64,000 nucleotides of DNA from Actinomycetes bacterium. Its GTDB lineage: Bacteria > Actinomycetota > Acidimicrobiia > Acidimicrobiales > SZUA-35. This document shows, in pieces, positions 31,578 to 40,962 of the stretch. Made by a program: the position numbers and the translations under genes. Position 1 is the stretch's first letter; each line of letters starts with the position of its first letter. Below the pieces are notes generated by a model, which did not search any database, was not told the origin of the DNA, and was given only the letters and a program-made list of their open reading frames with translations. The stretch lies in assembly GCA_024276425.1 (NCBI GenBank), contig JAJRXF010000180.1, positions 8,804 through 72,803 on the forward strand. The letters are read 5' to 3'.

Positions 31578-32443
31578 TAGTGGCCTGCTCCTACACAGTT
31601 GGGGCCCTCAGCCTCTTGGCCGGTGGTGTTGGTGCCAATGGGCGGGCCGTTGATGATGATCCCGGTATCGACGACTAGTTCGTTTGCCGCGTTGATTTCC
31701 ATGGGGAACCGATCCATGCCACGAGGGGCGGGGCCCCCCTTCTTTTCTCCGACACGGTTGTACTGGGAACCGTGACAGGGGCACTCAAACCATTGGGAGG
31801 TGCCGCATTCGGGAACCCGGCATCCAAGGTGGGGGCAAGTTTGCCATAAGGCCACGACACCTGCCTTCAGTCCCGGCGAAATCTGGTCATAAAAGCCATA
31901 GGTGCTAGCTGCCTTAGCCAAAGCAAAGTCGGGATACTCGGTAACCCACATTCGACCTTCGGGAACGTAGAAGAATCCCCCACCAGCCTTGATTGATGCC
32001 TTGATGTCGGGAATTCGACCGACATTGATCTTGGATCCGAAACCGCTGGATCCTTGTGGCCACAGGAAGGCAATGCTGGCTGCTCCGAATCCACTTAGCC
32101 CGACAATAAAGGTGAGCAAGATACTCCGATTCAGAAACTGGCGACGGGCGACACCCAACGTCTCAGGATCTGGCGGCACGTAGGCAACCGGGGCTGGGGC
32201 AGCAGCGCTCACCAGCTTGCCCGAGCGCTCCTCTTGGACAAATTGTTCGATGTCTCGACCCGACGTGGGGCGCGTTTGGGTGTCGGAGGACTCAAGATCT
32301 AGGGCACCGCGATCTCTTTTGATGGCCTCACCAGAGAGCTGACCGATGGCTCCCTCGGTGTCTTTGCGTCGCATCGACGCCATGGTCCCAACAAGGGCGA
32401 CCAAAGCGAGTAAGACGACACCTACCACGAGGACAATTTCCAT
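31577..32443 (-). CDS. Rieske 2Fe-2S subunit of quinol:cytochrome c oxidoreductase
   Basis: CPHLGC and CPCHGSQY boxes; internal Tat motif RRQFLN before a TM; start ATG 32443 behind GAGG. Confidence 0.95.
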   Translation of the reverse strand: MEIVLVVGVVLLALVALVGTMASMRRKDTEGAIGQLSGEAIKRDRGALDLESSDTQTRPTSGRDIEQFVQEERSGKLVSAAAPAPVAYVPPDPETLGVARRQFLNRSILLTFIVGLSGFGAASIAFLWPQGSSGFGSKINVGRIPDIKASIKAGGGFFYVPEGRMWVTEYPDFALAKAASTYGFYDQISPGLKAGVVALWQTCPHLGCRVPECGTSQWFECPCHGSQYNRVGEKKGGPAPRGMDRFPMEINAANELVVDTGIIINGPPIGTNTTGQEAEGPNCVGAGH

Positions 32444-32453
32444 GACTACCTCT

Positions 32454-33191
32454 CTAGAGCTCGAAGAATAGGCCGTCGGCCCACGGGAAGACGAAGTTGA
32501 AGCCGGGGCCACGGAAGAACGATCCGATCAAGACGAGCACCGACCAGAACATCATGAACGTGGTGAAAAGGCTGATGGCGAACTTGCGGTCCTCTGGCTT
32601 GTTGCTGGGGTTCTTGTCGATGTATGGCGCCATTGTCAGGATAATCAGGCCGATCCCGGGCACGGTTACCCCCGCCACCATCGGGTGGAACATGGTGAGC
32701 ATTTCCTGCAGCCCCAGGAAGTACCAGGGGGCCTTGGACGGGTTAGGAGTCTCATTGAAGTTCGCCAAGATCAACAGCGGCGCGTTGACAAAGATGGAGA
32801 AGATGGTGAGAAAGGCGAGGCTGAACAACGCTGCACCGAATTCGACGATAATTAGGTGAGGCCAGACATGCACCTTGTCCATTGGCTTCATCTTGATGTC
32901 TTGGATCGAACCAGACTTGACCACCGTGAGCAGCCGCTGGGTATGACCAGCGGCTCCAGTCATGACTGGGCCATCTGCGACCGCGGTGGCTGTGGCCACC
33001 GCGGCGGCTGCACTCGGTGCGGCCGCCGCCGCCCCCTTGCCTTTGGCTGAGCGGGATCGCTCAAGCAAGTGGGCGGGAATTTTCGAGCCAGAATCGCTGG
33101 CTGCCAGCGCTGACTCGGGAGCCGCAGCCGATTCGGCCTTTTTCCTAGCCTCTGATGCTCTTTTTCGAAGGTGTTCGGGGATCTCGGTCAT
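32454..33191 (-). CDS. Cytochrome b C-terminal part (subunit IV/PetD-like)
   Basis: VWPHL, TPNPSKAPWYFLGLQE, APYIDKNP...PEDRKFA; low-complexity N-terminal extension. Confidence 0.9.
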   Translation of the reverse strand: MTEIPEHLRKRASEARKKAESAAAPESALAASDSGSKIPAHLLERSRSAKGKGAAAAAPSAAAAVATATAVADGPVMTGAAGHTQRLLTVVKSGSIQDIKMKPMDKVHVWPHLIIVEFGAALFSLAFLTIFSIFVNAPLLILANFNETPNPSKAPWYFLGLQEMLTMFHPMVAGVTVPGIGLIILTMAPYIDKNPSNKPEDRKFAISLFTTFMMFWSVLVLIGSFFRGPGFNFVFPWADGLFFEL

Positions 33192-33243
33192 TCGGTTGTT
33201 CCTCTATTCCGGCAATCGATTCGGTGAGTTGAAAGCTGCTGGC

Positions 33244-34035
33244 CTAGAGCGGGCCAGAGATTCCACCATCCTTGCGAACACGCCAGAAGTGAATAGCCAT
33301 GAAGATAACAGTGACGAAGGGAAGCATGAGGACATGGAGCACATACCAACGAAGGAGTGTGTCGGTTCCGATTACTTTGCCTCCGAGGAGAACAAATTTA
33401 ACCTGCTCACCGAAGACCGGGGTGTAGCCCATCATGTTCGTGCCAACAGTCACCGCCCACAGAGCGAGTTGATCCCACGGAAGGAGGTAGCCGGTGAAGG
33501 AAAGAAGCAGGGTGAACTGGAGCAGCATTGTGCCAATAACCCAGTTGAATTCTCGGGGCGCCTTGTAGGCCCCATGGTAAAAGACCCTGGCCATGTGGAG
33601 AAATACACTGAGCACCATGAGGTGAGCGCCCCAGCGGTGCATGTTTCGTACGAGGAGACCAAAGGTGACCGACGTCTGCAAGGTATAGATGTCTCCCCAA
33701 GCGGCGGCGGCCGTGGGACGATAGAAAAACATCAAAAAAATGCCTGTCACCGTCAAGATAATGAACAAGAAGAAACTCAAGCCGCCGAGACACAAGGTGT
33801 AGGACACCTTGACCGCGTGGCGCTTCACCTTGACCGGATGCAGGTGATAGAGCACCGAGTTCATGATCACATACGAGCGATTCCGGGGACTGTCGGTATA
33901 GCCCTTACGAAAGATGGAGCCTGGGCGAAAAATGGAGTTCCAAACCTGACCGCCCTGCACGCTGTTCATCGTGTCCGTCAGTTGAGTTGCTGCTTTTTCA
34001 GCCATCGAGGGCTTGTCTTGAATCGACTTTGCCAT
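33244..34035 (-). CDS. Cytochrome b6-like N-terminal subunit (PetB-like)
   Basis: YTLCLGG, RNMHRWGAH...FLHMARVF, GYLLPWDQ, LHVLMLP...AIHFWRVRKDGGISGPL; start trimmed to ATG 34035. Confidence 0.93.
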   Translation of the reverse strand: MAKSIQDKPSMAEKAATQLTDTMNSVQGGQVWNSIFRPGSIFRKGYTDSPRNRSYVIMNSVLYHLHPVKVKRHAVKVSYTLCLGGLSFFLFIILTVTGIFLMFFYRPTAAAAWGDIYTLQTSVTFGLLVRNMHRWGAHLMVLSVFLHMARVFYHGAYKAPREFNWVIGTMLLQFTLLLSFTGYLLPWDQLALWAVTVGTNMMGYTPVFGEQVKFVLLGGKVIGTDTLLRWYVLHVLMLPFVTVIFMAIHFWRVRKDGGISGPL

Positions 34036-34067
34036 GGAGATTCCTGTGGTAAGTATCGAGGGAAGTA

Positions 34068-34093
34068 GGGGAACGAAAAGGGGGAACGAAAAG
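34068..34093. repeat. Tandem 13-bp duplication GGGGAACGAAAAG x2
   Basis: Exact copies at 34068-34080 and 34081-34093, between the ferredoxin and cytochrome b6 genes. Confidence 0.85.
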
Positions 34094-34096
34094 GAG

Positions 34097-34513
34097 TTAG
34101 CCGAGGCGCATGCCATAGCCATAGCCATGGGACGGCGTGCGCTGGTGGTGGTCGCCAGTAGGACTGGCGTCGGAAATCTTGCCGAGGATGATTACCCCGG
34201 TCGGGCAACGGTCAACGCACAGAGCGCAACGGGTGCACACGTCGTCGTCGATCGTGAAGATGAAGGCATCGGCGGGGTCGTCGCCAGGCCGGGCAATACC
34301 GAAACTCTCCGCCACGGAGTCGGTTTTTTGCATGTGGATACATTTCCATGGACAGATGTCCACGCAACCCTCGCAGGTAATGCATTCTGATTGGTCGATA
34401 TGGATGAACTGTTTCGGTTTGACGGCCCGAGCCAAATAGTCTGCGTCAACCTCAACCAAAACATAGTCGTCCCGGAATTCGGGAAGCGGGGGATTTGCGT
34501 CGGTGTAGCCCAT
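34097..34513 (-). CDS. 2x[4Fe-4S] ferredoxin
   Basis: CITCEGCVDICP and CTRCALCVDRCP; no TM or signal; start trimmed to ATG 34513. Confidence 0.92.
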   Translation of the reverse strand: MGYTDANPPLPEFRDDYVLVEVDADYLARAVKPKQFIHIDQSECITCEGCVDICPWKCIHMQKTDSVAESFGIARPGDDPADAFIFTIDDDVCTRCALCVDRCPTGVIILGKISDASPTGDHHQRTPSHGYGYGMRLG

Positions 34514-34521
34514 CGAACCGG

Positions 34522-34965
34522 TCAGCCCCGCTTTACCAATGGACGGCCATAGGTGCTCTTGGCCACGTCGGCACCCGCCTTGGACTTGCCCCGAGACTGC
34601 CACGACCCCCACATCCCAGACATGATACCGAGGAAGATGATGTAGATGAGCGCTGCCACCGAATCAGAGATTACTCGGCGGGTAATATCGAAGGGGAGCC
34701 AGCCTCCCTGGCTCTGGGGGCGGACAATGTCGCCCCAGCCAAAGACAAACTTGTCGGAGCGGAAACTCCACTCGTTTTCTGCCAACGTCAGCCACTGATG
34801 CGGGACGATGCCGAAAACAATGAACATCAGAAAGAAAATGTAGGCAGAAAACAATGCTGCCTCGCCCCAGGTCATGGTGGCACCAACGGGGCGCCGCTTG
34901 GAATACCGCCAAATGCCAGCGGCCATGAGCACGGAGATGAGTACCGACACCACTAGGGCAACCAT
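34522..34965 (-). CDS. Small uncharacterised membrane protein (3 TM), first gene of the cluster
   Basis: Strong GAGGAG RBS, three hydrophobic segments, 8-nt gap to the ferredoxin gene. Confidence 0.85.
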   Translation of the reverse strand: MVALVVSVLISVLMAAGIWRYSKRRPVGATMTWGEAALFSAYIFFLMFIVFGIVPHQWLTLAENEWSFRSDKFVFGWGDIVRPQSQGGWLPFDITRRVISDSVAALIYIIFLGIMSGMWGSWQSRGKSKAGADVAKSTYGRPLVKRG

Positions 34966-34983
34966 TGGCGAGAACTCCTCGTT

Positions 34984-35057
34984 TACTGCGATCGAACGCT
35001 ACTGCGATCGGGGCGGACTAGGGACTGGGGGCTGCACCCTCTCTCGCATGAGCGAGA
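34984..35057. promoter_or_regulatory. Candidate operator elements in the divergent promoter region
   Basis: Direct repeat TACTGCGATCG (34984-34994, 35000-35010) and inverted repeat TCTCGC-ATGA-GCGAGA (35042-35057). Confidence 0.35.
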
Positions 35058-35372
35058 TTGAGCGCGGTTTTGATCGGCTGACACAGATCAACGTGTGCAT
35101 AATCTACATCGCCAAAGGCTCGACATGACAAACTCATCGAGACCTTCATCGAATGGTCGCTATTTGTTTGCGCTTACAAGGGGCGCTTACCGGGCAATGT
35201 CAGCTACCTCGACAGGCAAACCACCGGAGCATCCGACGCGAGAAGGTGTAGCACGACTTGGTTCCAACTACCGTCATGAGTCGAAAATTCAGGACGAAGA
35301 GATCGTGGTCGCGGGAAGTTTCGGCCTAGAGTTAGCCAGCCTGTACCCGCATGATTTGAGTGAGAGCATTCC

Positions 35373-36188
35373 GTGACCGAGATCCCTGAACATCTCCTGA
35401 AACGCAGCAAGTCGGCCAAGGGCCAAAAAACGGGTGATGGCCCAGCTTCGACCGCCGAGTCAAGCTCGAGTGCGGTTACTCCCGCCGCGAGTGAGACCCC
35501 GGCTCCTTCGGGCCCTCCGGCCATTGCTGCAGCAGCCGCCGCTATTCCCAAGGACGTCGAACCCGCACCTGCCGCCCCAGAGCCACATTACGTTGCCGCG
35601 TCCCGGGCTCGAAACCGGATCCCGATGTGGGCCCTCCCGTTAGTATTCGCCTTGCCCATCTGGGCTCTGTCTTATGCTGGCACCATGCAGCTTCCACCAA
35701 CGGAAGACTTATTGTTTGTCGACGCGGCCCAGGCGTACTCAAGTTGTGCGTCATGCCACGGAGCCACCGGAGGCGGCGGCGTCGGCTACGCCCTCAGCGG
35801 CGGCGAAGTTCTGCAGACCTTTCCCGAACCCGTTGATCAGATGGCCTATGTTGCCCGAGGCTCCGCAGCCATTGCCGGAGAAACCTACGGTGCCAATGGT
35901 CGCCGAGTGGCGGGTGAACTTGGCGTAATGCCTGCCCACAAGGACACCTACACGCTTCTCGAACTCGAACTTGTGGTCTTCTACGAGCGGGCAATCTTGT
36001 CCGAGGAGGACACAACCGATGCGTCCTATCTGGAGTGGATGGACAACCTCCGGGAACGGATCGAAGCGAACGAACAAGACCCTATTGACCTTGACCAACT
36101 CCTGGGCTGCGCCGATCCCGCAATCACCCCTGGAGGCGGAGGCGGAGGCGGAGGCCCGGAGTGCCCCGGACCTGCCTCAGCGGGCTGA
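35373..36188 (+). CDS. Membrane-anchored monohaem cytochrome c
   Basis: Single TM (IPMWALPLVFALPIWALSYA), CASCHG, distal GVMP; N-terminal MTEIPEHLL motif plus Ala/Pro linker; Gly-rich tail. Confidence 0.88.
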   Translation: MTEIPEHLLKRSKSAKGQKTGDGPASTAESSSSAVTPAASETPAPSGPPAIAAAAAAIPKDVEPAPAAPEPHYVAASRARNRIPMWALPLVFALPIWALSYAGTMQLPPTEDLLFVDAAQAYSSCASCHGATGGGGVGYALSGGEVLQTFPEPVDQMAYVARGSAAIAGETYGANGRRVAGELGVMPAHKDTYTLLELELVVFYERAILSEEDTTDASYLEWMDNLRERIEANEQDPIDLDQLLGCADPAITPGGGGGGGGPECPGPASAG

Positions 36189-36330
36189 AACCATTCCTTC
36201 ATCTGACGCTAACCTTCAACTAGTCAAGAAGTCTGATGGTCTGCGTCAGAGTTAGCCGTGTCTCCCAAGTTTGCTCAACTGGAGGACCCCTCGCTCAAAC
36301 AGAGGACCCCTCTATGCCGATAAGGAACTT

Positions 36331-38628
36331 GTGATCGCACGCCCCCAACTTTTTCTCCCGCTAATCTCCTTCGCCCTTCTTATTGGCTCAACCCTGTCCG
36401 CCGTTGAGCCAGTTGGGGCCACACAACCAGCGCCAACAGACCAGCTCACCAACGAGAACCCAGACGTCCCCTTTATTGTGGATGTCTGGGATCCAACCAT
36501 CGATGCCGGGTCCGAAGCAGTACAGGAGGCGATGATGGCCTCCCTGGCCAAGGCGGACTCTTTGGCGAGAGCGGCAACCATCAATCTCCCACCGGGACAG
36601 ACCGCGCTGCGAGCCTCGGCCATTGGTGGCCAAATATCGGTCAGGTTCAAGAACTCGACGCCACCCGACGTTCAGAACATTGTTAACACCGCTGCAGCCG
36701 ACTGGAACGCCGTACTCAATATTCCCAGCGGCGCCCCAGTCGAAATTGATTTCTACTGGCAGCCCCTTGATCCGGGTTTCCTGGGATCATCTCGCCCCAC
36801 CTATATCGAACGTCTGGCCAGCCTGCCAACCCTGGACTACTACCCGGTTTCTTTGGCCAACGCTCTCCTGGACACAGACCTCCGACCCGACGACGCCGAA
36901 ATCGAGATCGCTGTTGCCTCCAACCTCTACAATGTCTCCAACGGCTGGTATGCGGGAACGGGGCCAGTTCCCTTTGACCGGCGCGACTTGTATTCGACCA
37001 TGGTGCATGAAATTGGTCATGGGCTCGGCTTTATCGGAACCGCCAGGAAACCAACGGCCGGCCAGCCAACACTTGATCAGATCCCGATGGTCTTTGACCG
37101 CCTTGCCCGCTACAACGGTGCGCCCATCGTAGGGATTCCCAACCTCAGCTCGGCTCTAACCTCAAACAACCTTCACATCAATCTCGGTGGCGAACGTCTG
37201 CTCCAACTCTACGCTCCGGGCTCATTCGTCAATGGCAGCAGCTTTTCCCACCTCGACGAGAAGTACCAGCCTGGCCAGCCAGGCTCGATGATGACGCCAG
37301 CTCTTGGACGTGGTCAGACCGACCGGAGGATTGACGCTGCGGTTCTCGGGGTGATGCTCGGTATTGGCTGGGATGTCAAAGCCAATCCTTTGACCCCAAC
37401 ATCACTCAGTGTGACGTCTCAATCCCAACAACTCACGGCGAACTGGTCGGTCGATCTCAGCCAGTCGGGACTTCCCCCCACAGGCTATGTTGTCCAGGTC
37501 GCTCAGGGCTCCTCGGTTATCGCCTCCAATAGTCTTTCCTGGGAGTCAAGTTCAACCACAATCGGTGGACTCACGAATTTCGAGGACTATGAGCTAGAAG
37601 TGAATGCGATTGCTGGCAACGGCTCGATGTCCAGCTTTTCCGTCCGTACCGTTGGCCACCCGTACCTGGTGAGGGCAACTGGCGGTGGTCTAACCCGGAC
37701 TCTGAGTTGGGAGCCTATGAACTCGCCAGGAACAAATGGTGCTACCTATAGCGTTGAGCGATCAAAGGACGGAGGTCCTTTCCATCCAGTCGGTTCCACC
37801 ACTGGGACCAGCCTGTTCGATCCAGCACTCACACCAGGCGTCTTTCAGTATCGGGTCACCGGATCCTCGGCTGGCGGAACCAGTATTTCAGCCCGCTCGC
37901 TGTTTGTGGGTGCAACCACCACGACCGTGAGGCCATTCTCACTCGACGGTCAGGTTGCTCGGCTCTATCGGGCCTATTTTGACCGTGAACCGGATGCATC
38001 GGGCATGGCCTACTGGCTGGACCGGCGGGCCGGTGGTCTGACCTTGGAGGCAATGTCGGCTGGGTTCGCCAGTGGACCGGAGTTTGCAGCCACCTACGGT
38101 TCGCTCAGCAACGCCGATTTCGTCAACCTGGTTTATACCAAAGTGATCGGTCGGTCCGCTGACCCTGAGGGCTTCAACTACTGGCTCAATCAACTCAATG
38201 ATGGCATGAGCCGCGGAGCCATGATGGTTGGATTCTCTGATGCCCCCGAATACATCGCCGCAACCGGAACCGTCGCTCCTCAAACCTCCGTCGAAGCTAG
38301 CGTCTACCGACTTTATGTGGCGTACTTCCTGCGGGCGCCCGACTCCCCAGGCTTTGACTACTGGGTCAGCCAGGCAACCTCAGGCACGTCCATCCCGGCC
38401 ATCTCGGCCCAGTTCGCCACCAGTCCGGAGTTTCTAAATCGATACGGATCGGTTGACAATGAGGACTTCGTCAACCTGATCTACCAAAACGTTCTGACCC
38501 GCCAGCCTGATGCCGCTGGCTTTGAGCACTGGACCAGCCAGCTCAATGCCGGGGCGTCGCGGGGTGAACTCATGGTTGGGTTCTCCAACAGCAAGGAGTT
38601 CCTGCTGGCCACTGGCACCCTGCCCTAG
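36331..38628 (+). CDS. Secreted zinc metalloprotease with FN3-like domains and two DUF4214-like repeats
   Basis: Signal peptide; HEIGHGLGF and SHLDE; repeats RLYRAYFDREPD...GFNYW and RLYVAYFLRAPD...GFEHW; start uncertain (TTG 36271 or GTG 36331 behind AAGGA). Confidence 0.8.
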   Translation: MIARPQLFLPLISFALLIGSTLSAVEPVGATQPAPTDQLTNENPDVPFIVDVWDPTIDAGSEAVQEAMMASLAKADSLARAATINLPPGQTALRASAIGGQISVRFKNSTPPDVQNIVNTAAADWNAVLNIPSGAPVEIDFYWQPLDPGFLGSSRPTYIERLASLPTLDYYPVSLANALLDTDLRPDDAEIEIAVASNLYNVSNGWYAGTGPVPFDRRDLYSTMVHEIGHGLGFIGTARKPTAGQPTLDQIPMVFDRLARYNGAPIVGIPNLSSALTSNNLHINLGGERLLQLYAPGSFVNGSSFSHLDEKYQPGQPGSMMTPALGRGQTDRRIDAAVLGVMLGIGWDVKANPLTPTSLSVTSQSQQLTANWSVDLSQSGLPPTGYVVQVAQGSSVIASNSLSWESSSTTIGGLTNFEDYELEVNAIAGNGSMSSFSVRTVGHPYLVRATGGGLTRTLSWEPMNSPGTNGATYSVERSKDGGPFHPVGSTTGTSLFDPALTPGVFQYRVTGSSAGGTSISARSLFVGATTTTVRPFSLDGQVARLYRAYFDREPDASGMAYWLDRRAGGLTLEAMSAGFASGPEFAATYGSLSNADFVNLVYTKVIGRSADPEGFNYWLNQLNDGMSRGAMMVGFSDAPEYIAATGTVAPQTSVEASVYRLYVAYFLRAPDSPGFDYWVSQATSGTSIPAISAQFATSPEFLNRYGSVDNEDFVNLIYQNVLTRQPDAAGFEHWTSQLNAGASRGELMVGFSNSKEFLLATGTLP

Positions 38629-38653
38629 ATGAAACCACTTTGGTGGCCATTGG

Positions 38654-39955
38654 CTACCCCTCAGCTAGCTCTTGGCCAACCTCTGAGGCGGCATCAATGG
38701 TGCGCTCGATCTCAGCATCGCTATGAGACAAGCTTGGAAACATGACCTCGTAGGGACCCGGCGCAAAGGCAAAGCCACGCTTGAGCATGCCGTGGAAGAA
38801 ACCCGGGAACTGACCCGTGTCGGCCGACCGTTTTGCGTCGTCATAGTTGAGGACCTCACGACTATCGAAGAACAACCCAACCAGGGCGCCAACCTGGGGA
38901 ATCTGAACGCTCAACCCGGCCCCACCCAATGCTGCTCGGAGGCCATCGGCCAAACGAGTGGCCGTTGTCTCCAACTGGTCAAACCGGTCCTGGCCTAGTT
39001 GACCGAGTGCTGCCAACCCCGCGGCAGTGGCAAGAGGATTCCCGGAAAGGGTCCCTCCCTGATAGACCGGCCCAAGGGGGGCAACATGATTCATGAGCTC
39101 TAGCGTTCCGCCGAAACATCCGACGGGAAGGCCCCCACCAATGACCTTGCCAAATGCCCACAAGTCCGGGGTCACGCCACTCCAGGCCGTGGCCCCTCCC
39201 CTCCCGAGACGGAACCCGGTGATGACCTCATCAAAGAGTAGGAGGGCCCCAACGCGGTCACATTCGGACCGGCATGCCTGGAGAAAGCCTGGTTCCGGGG
39301 GAACGAGACCCATGTTGGCCGCAACGGGTTCGACGATAAGCACGGCAGTGTCCTGATCGAGCTGGGGTACGACGTTGTAGGGAGCGACGACAGTGTCGGC
39401 CACTGCCGATTCAGTGACTCCGGCCGACCCAACCAATCCCTGGTTGGCTACTCCGGAACCTCCGGCCACCAAAAGTGCGTCAACGTGACCGTGATAGCAA
39501 CCGGCGAACTTGACCACCTTGGAGCGTCCGGTCGCTCCGCGGGCTAGCCGAATGGCTGACATCGTTGCCTCGGTGCCCGAGGAAGTCATTCTCACCATTT
39601 CCAAACCGGGCACCCATTGGCACAAGAGTTCCGCCAGCTGAACCTCGCGCCTTGTCGGGGCCCCAAAGGTCGTCCCCTCTGTGGCTGCCTCGCGGATGGC
39701 CCGAACAACCATCGGATCGGCGTGGCCCAAGATCGAAGCCCCATAGCTCTGGACATAGTCGATATAGCTCCTGCCATCCTCATCCCAGACTGTCGAACCC
39801 CTCGCGTTCTTCACGAAATACGGGGTGCCGCCGACAGACAAAAAAGCTCGCACCGGTGAGTTCACCCCACCGGGGAGCACCGCCTTGGCCCGCCCGAAAA
39901 GCTCCTCGTTGGTTGAGGCTGGCATGGCATCAAACTCTTCTTGTTCTGAGCTCAC
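38654..39955 (-). CDS. hemL: Glutamate-1-semialdehyde 2,1-aminomutase
   Basis: PGGVNSPVRAF, SGTEATMSAIRLARG, FDEVITGFR, GKVIGGGLP. Confidence 0.97.
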   Translation of the reverse strand: MSSEQEEFDAMPASTNEELFGRAKAVLPGGVNSPVRAFLSVGGTPYFVKNARGSTVWDEDGRSYIDYVQSYGASILGHADPMVVRAIREAATEGTTFGAPTRREVQLAELLCQWVPGLEMVRMTSSGTEATMSAIRLARGATGRSKVVKFAGCYHGHVDALLVAGGSGVANQGLVGSAGVTESAVADTVVAPYNVVPQLDQDTAVLIVEPVAANMGLVPPEPGFLQACRSECDRVGALLLFDEVITGFRLGRGGATAWSGVTPDLWAFGKVIGGGLPVGCFGGTLELMNHVAPLGPVYQGGTLSGNPLATAAGLAALGQLGQDRFDQLETTATRLADGLRAALGGAGLSVQIPQVGALVGLFFDSREVLNYDDAKRSADTGQFPGFFHGMLKRGFAFAPGPYEVMFPSLSHSDAEIERTIDAASEVGQELAEG

Positions 39956-40962
39956 TGGTTGTCTCCAGCCTTGGTTTCTTGTTGGTTTAGGTAATGAGCC
40001 ACTTCGGCCGCCAGGTAGGTGAGGATGAAGTCGGCACCGGCGCGCTTGATTGCCGTGAGGGTTTCCACTGCCGCCAATTCACCGTCAATCCAACCGTTGG
40101 CCGAGGCGGCCTTCAGCATGGCGTACTCGCCGCTCACGTGGTAGGCGGCCAGGGGAACATCGACCGCCGTGCGGGCTTGGGAGATGATGTCCAGATAGGT
40201 CATCGCTGGCTTGATCATCACCATGTCGGCCCCCTCGGCGAGATCCAGGCGGATCTCCTCCATTGCCTCACGGCTATTGTGAAAGTCCTGCTGATAGGCC
40301 TTACGATCTCCCCCGCCAGAAATAGTCACCCCAACCGCGTCACGGAACGGGCCATACATGGCACTTGCGTACTTGGCCGAATAGGCCAGGATCGGAATCT
40401 GAGCAAACCCCGCCCCATCTAAGGCTTGTCGAATGGCCCCAACCTGGCCGTCCATCATTCCCGAAGGAGCAATCACATCGGCCCCGGCCCTTGCTTGGGC
40501 CACCGCTGCCTTGGCGTAAAGTTCCAGCGTCTGGTCGTTGTCAACCTCTCCGTTGGCATCAACGACACCACAATGACCGTGATCGGTGTACTCATCCACA
40601 CACAAGTCAGCCATCAACACAATCTTGGTCCCAAAGGCCTGGCGCAGATGACGGAGCGCAACCTGAACAATGCCTTGCGGATCCCAGGCCTGAGAGCCGA
40701 CGGAATCTTTGTGCTCGGGGATACCAAAGAGGATGCAGGCCGGAACCCCAAGTTCAACCAGGGTGGCCACCTCTGCTCGAAGGGAATCAAGGGTGTGCTG
40801 ACACACTCCGGGTAAGGAACTGATGGGCTGAGGTTCGGTGATCCCCTGGCGAATGAAGAGGGGGGCAACAAGGTCGTCCACACTGAGTCGGGTCTGGGCC
40901 ACCAGGCGACGCAAGGCGGCACTTCGACGAAGTCGACGGAGTCGACGCTGGGGAAAGCTCAT
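39952..40962 (-). CDS. hemB: Porphobilinogen synthase
   Basis: DLCVDEYTDHGHCG, APSGMMDG, YGPFRDA, MIKPA, AYHVSGEY. Confidence 0.97.
   Translation of the reverse strand: MSFPQRRLRRLRRSAALRRLVAQTRLSVDDLVAPLFIRQGITEPQPISSLPGVCQHTLDSLRAEVATLVELGVPACILFGIPEHKDSVGSQAWDPQGIVQVALRHLRQAFGTKIVLMADLCVDEYTDHGHCGVVDANGEVDNDQTLELYAKAAVAQARAGADVIAPSGMMDGQVGAIRQALDGAGFAQIPILAYSAKYASAMYGPFRDAVGVTISGGGDRKAYQQDFHNSREAMEEIRLDLAEGADMVMIKPAMTYLDIISQARTAVDVPLAAYHVSGEYAMLKAASANGWIDGELAAVETLTAIKRAGADFILTYLAAEVAHYLNQQETKAGDNQ

Noticed and set aside
32962-34068. 368-aa plus-strand ORF, and other long antisense ORFs such as 49484..50449, 61272..62225 and 44757..45563
   Set aside because: They lie opposite well-supported genes and have no recognisable motifs; expected shadow ORFs in GC-rich DNA
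36132-36155. (GGAGGC)4 as a phase-variable tract
   Set aside because: The unit is a multiple of 3 encoding a Gly linker near the C-terminus, so slippage would not shift the frame
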